Of a stretch of DNA of 64,000 nucleotides, positions 61,201 to 64,000 are shown one piece after another. This stretch comes from an uncultured Thermodesulfobacteriota bacterium (GTDB lineage Bacteria > Desulfobacterota > B13-G15), in contig CAZSWV010000002.1 of NCBI GenBank assembly GCA_964611295.1, positions 74,988 to 138,987 of the forward strand, read 5' to 3'. Both the position numbers and the translations under genes were made by a program. Position 1 is the first letter of the stretch. Every line of letters starts with the position of its first letter. Under the pieces are notes generated by a model. The model saw nothing but the letters and a program-made list of their open reading frames with translations, was not told where the DNA came from and made no database searches.

Positions 61201-62686
61201 AATAATTACGCTTCACCTTCAGTGAAAGTATAGAAAATATAAGTATTACGAAAATAATAAACAAACGTGTTATCAGAAGGTTCCAGGTTAACTTTGTTAA
61301 GGATAGAATAGGATTCGCTATTATCCATTGATAAAGTAAAGCGGTGAGAATTGCTGTGGGTATAATGTAGAAAAACGACATCCTTCGTGTAATGTTAATA
61401 TTAAAGTTTTCGCTTAAGCTAACTATAACGTTTCTATCCTTGGGAAGTAATATAAACACAAAAGCTACAGTTTCTACCAAAGCAAAGATCACCAAAAATA
61501 AGGTACCGATCCAAAAATCCAGTTCATCGATGAAAGAAGGCACAAAAGCAGAAAGCGCTCCTCCAATGGAAATCAGGATTATGGTGGCTAAAACTGCTTT
61601 TCTATGAGGCCACCCCCTTTCTTCTTCAAAAAACGCTATTACAGGCTGGGCAAGGGCCAAAGACGATGTCAAGGCAGCTAAGAAAAGAAGCAAGAACCAC
61701 ATAAAAGCTACAACGTTTCCTAGAGGCAAACTCAGTAGTATAGCCGGCATACTCATAAAACCAATGCGGAAAGTTCCTTCCTGTGCCAGTTTTTGTACGG
61801 AACTAGCACCAAACATAGCGAAAGCTGCAGGTATCGCAATAGTGGCTCCAAGCCCAATTTCAACCACTTCGTTGAGCATCGTCGTCTGTAAAGCTGCTTT
61901 CAGAACGGCTTCTTTTTTTCTTATGTAACTTGCATAAGCAGCCATACACCCCATACCCAAGGAAAGGGTGAAGAAAATTTGACCAGTAGCTTCTATCCAT
62001 ACCTGAGGGTCGGCCAGTTTACTTAAATCTGCTTTAAAAATAAACAAAAGACCTTCCACTCCTCGACCCCCTTTAAGGGACAGGGACAATATAGCTAAAA
62101 ATACTCCCATTCCTATAAGCAAAGGGATCCCGATTATAGCGGTTTTTTCTATACCTTTCCTTATACCGAGTAAAAGAACAAAAGCATTAAATGCAAGGGT
62201 GATCCCTAGAAAGAAAAGGGCCCAAAATGAAGGTCTTAAATAATCCCTCAAAAAGTTCAAGAAGGGTTCTAAACTTTCCTCCAACCCCTTTGTTACAAGG
62301 GGTTTAGGCAACTCCCCAAAAAGGGACATCCAAGCAAATCCCAGTGTCCAAGATTCTATGTAAATGTAATAGCAACAAATCAACAAAGGGATCACAACTC
62401 CTAAACTGCCTATAATCCTTGCAACATTAGACTCTTTGAACATAGCCCCAAAGATCCCCACCATTGATCCACGGCCTTTTACCCCTCCATAAGCCCCTAT
62501 AACCCACTCAAGGAACATCAACGGTATACCCATAAAGAAAAGCGCTAGGAAATAAGGGAGCATAAAGGCTCCCCCTCCGTAAAGCGCCACCTTTGATGGA
62601 AAACGTAAGAGATTCCCTAATCCTATGGCATTACCAGCTGCAGCAAGAACAAGCCCTATACGTGAGGCCCAAACCTCTCTCCGCAT
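61193..62686 (-). CDS. Sodium-dependent transporter, NSS/SNF family
   Basis: N-terminus VLAAAGNAIGLGNLLRFP typical of NSS. 12-transmembrane protein. Confidence 0.85.
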   Translation of the reverse strand: MRREVWASRIGLVLAAAGNAIGLGNLLRFPSKVALYGGGAFMLPYFLALFFMGIPLMFLEWVIGAYGGVKGRGSMVGIFGAMFKESNVARIIGSLGVVIPLLICCYYIYIESWTLGFAWMSLFGELPKPLVTKGLEESLEPFLNFLRDYLRPSFWALFFLGITLAFNAFVLLLGIRKGIEKTAIIGIPLLIGMGVFLAILSLSLKGGRGVEGLLFIFKADLSKLADPQVWIEATGQIFFTLSLGMGCMAAYASYIRKKEAVLKAALQTTMLNEVVEIGLGATIAIPAAFAMFGASSVQKLAQEGTFRIGFMSMPAILLSLPLGNVVAFMWFLLLFLAALTSSLALAQPVIAFFEEERGWPHRKAVLATIILISIGGALSAFVPSFIDELDFWIGTLFLVIFALVETVAFVFILLPKDRNVIVSLSENFNINITRRMSFFYIIPTAILTALLYQWIIANPILSLTKLTWNLLITRLFIIFVILIFSILSLKVKRNYFM

Positions 62687-62765
62687 AACACCTCCCCGTC
62701 ACAAAGTTTGCAAAAAGGAAAGATAAACCATACAATTTATAAAAACTCCCTCACAGTCGCTAGCT

Positions 62766-63671
62766 ATGCAACCTTCATATATTGAGATGTTCAAAAAGGG
62801 AATCCTTCATGAACGAGTTCAAATTTTAAAACAGTTCCTCGAAGAATGTCAACTGTGTCCTCGCCGATGTAAAGTCAATCGAATTAAAGGGCAAAAGGGA
62901 TATTGTAAAGCTCCTGCAGAATTAATGGTCTCTAGTGCTTTTCCACATTTTGGAGAAGAACCGCCACTTGTAGGCACACATGGGTCAGGTACGATCTTTT
63001 TAACTCATTGCAACTTAAGGTGTGTGTTCTGCCAAAACTATGAGATAAGCCATCTAGGTCAAGGAGAAAAGATAACACCTAAAGAATTGGCAGAAATAAT
63101 GATCTATCTTCAAAAACAGGGATGTCATAACATTAATTTGGTAACTCCCACACATTATGTTCCTCAAATCGTTGAGTCACTTATGTATGCTATAGAAATG
63201 GGATTGGATATTCCTCTTGTTTATAATTGCGGAGGATACGAATCGTTAGAAATCATAAAGCTACTAGAAGGAATTTTTGATATATACATGCCTGACATTA
63301 AATTTCTTAATCCGACACACTCTTCTTTATTCTGTGAAGCTCCTGATTATCCTCAGATAGTAAAATCGATAGTAAAAGAAATGCATAGACAGGTAGGAGA
63401 TCTTAAATTAAACGAGAAAGGGATTGCTTTCAAGGGATTATTGATACGCCATTTGGTAATGCCAAATGGAACGAGTGATACTCCTGAGGTGTTGAAATTT
63501 GTAGCTACTGAAGTTTCCTTGCATAGTTATATTAACATAATGGCACAGTACCGTCCTCTGTACAGGGCTCATGAATTTCCCCTCATAAGTCGCCGCATAA
63601 CGCCCAAGGAATACTTGGAAGCTTTACATTTAGCTAGAGAATTGGGACTTTACAGGGGGTTCCCTTATTAA
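62766..63671 (+). CDS. Radical SAM protein, PflX/AmmeMemoRadiSam-like activase family
   Basis: CNLRCVFCQN (CX3CX2C) plus an N-terminal CQLCPRRC...C cysteine cluster. Confidence 0.6.
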   Translation: MQPSYIEMFKKGILHERVQILKQFLEECQLCPRRCKVNRIKGQKGYCKAPAELMVSSAFPHFGEEPPLVGTHGSGTIFLTHCNLRCVFCQNYEISHLGQGEKITPKELAEIMIYLQKQGCHNINLVTPTHYVPQIVESLMYAIEMGLDIPLVYNCGGYESLEIIKLLEGIFDIYMPDIKFLNPTHSSLFCEAPDYPQIVKSIVKEMHRQVGDLKLNEKGIAFKGLLIRHLVMPNGTSDTPEVLKFVATEVSLHSYINIMAQYRPLYRAHEFPLISRRITPKEYLEALHLARELGLYRGFPY

Positions 63672-63691
63672 ACCTTACAGGTATTACAGCT

Positions 63692-63732
63692 AAAAAAGGC
63701 GAAGATCCTTTTTGGACCTTCGCCTTTTCCTT
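63692..63732. terminator. Bidirectional rho-independent terminator between the radical-SAM gene and hup
   Basis: AAAAAAGGCGAAGATCC-TTTTT-GGACCTTCGCCTTTT: a stem with one mismatch flanked by A and T runs. Confidence 0.6.
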
Positions 63733-63765
63733 TGAAAAATTCTTCTCACTGCTACTATTTTAATT

Positions 63766-64000
63766 TTACTTTATAGCCTCCCTAAGGTTTTTTCCTACCT
63801 TAAACTTTGGCACCTTCACAGCAGGTATCTGAATCTCCTGTCCCGTCCTAGGATTGCGCCCTTTTCTAGCAGCCCTCTGAGCTACCATAAAGGTCCCAAA
63901 ACCTGGCAAAGCTACCTTGTCTCCCGCTTTAAGGGCTTCTGTTACGACATTCAAGAAGGCATTTATAGCTCTTTCAGCTGCAGCCCGTGGTATTTTGGCT
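63766..64000 (-). CDS. hup: DNA-binding protein HU, C-terminal part; the N-terminus lies beyond the window end
   Basis: GFGTF...[19 protein letters not shown] arm motif. The ORF stays open to base 64000. Confidence 0.85.
   Translation of the reverse strand, partial: AKIPRAAAERAINAFLNVVTEALKAGDKVALPGFGTFMVAQRAARKGRNPRTGQEIQIPAVKVPKFKVGKNLREAIK

Noticed and set aside
61200-61240. A weak hairpin cttcaccttcagtgaaag after rgy as a terminator.
   Set aside because: It has only a 5-bp stem and lies inside the C-terminal coding region of the convergent NSS transporter gene, so it is not convincing.

Overview
The window is a 64-kb, AT-rich, densely coded chromosomal segment from what looks like an anaerobic thermophile. 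The thermophile inference rests on reverse gyrase at 57796-61200, GC-rich RNA elements in an AT-rich background, and Desulfovibrio/Thermodesulfobacteria-like traits: a split atpZ-atpI-atpB-atpE operon, a signal-peptide CbiK, and EtfAB next to a membrane FeS oxidoreductase. I found no CRISPR array, rRNA or mobile element.

Main blocks, in order:
- 1-936: 3' end of mnmA.
- 938-10981 (minus strand): a tightly packed 5-gene flavoprotein/Fe-S redox operon immediately downstream of a 1037-aa sigma-54 activator with a large TPR/GAF N-terminus. This is the best candidate for an undescribed system.
- 11023-14459: a CoA-disulfide/persulfide reductase-rhodanese fusion, then ATP synthase F0 genes atpZ/atpI/atpB/atpE.
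- 14450-19699: a DapA-like aldolase, a biotin-domain-less carboxyltransferase, rpsU and katG.
- 19696-27247: nadE with a degenerate glutaminase active site, efp translationally coupled to an uncharacterised Rossmann-fold protein, an acyl-CoA dehydrogenase and comEC.
- 27213-39582: proC, then a cobalamin operon on the minus strand. It runs B12 riboswitch -> btuF/C/D-like ABC transporter -> cbiC -> signal-peptide cbiK -> cobF-like -> cbiET -> cbiL -> cbiF -> cbiGH, with divergent sirC and a cobA-hemD fusion alongside.
- 39730-43843: tRNA-Ala(CGC), etfB, etfA and a membrane heme-b/Fe-S/CCG oxidoreductase.
- 43833-50800: queD, folE2, a ParB-like protein, eno, pgsA, dnaB, rplI, rpsR, a priB/ssb-like gene, rpsF and yajC.
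- 50974-64000: mazG, rsmI, hisI, hisG, degP, two M16 peptidases, reverse gyrase, an NSS transporter, a radical-SAM protein and the 3' part of hup.

All calls are by eye from the translations. No database searches were run.
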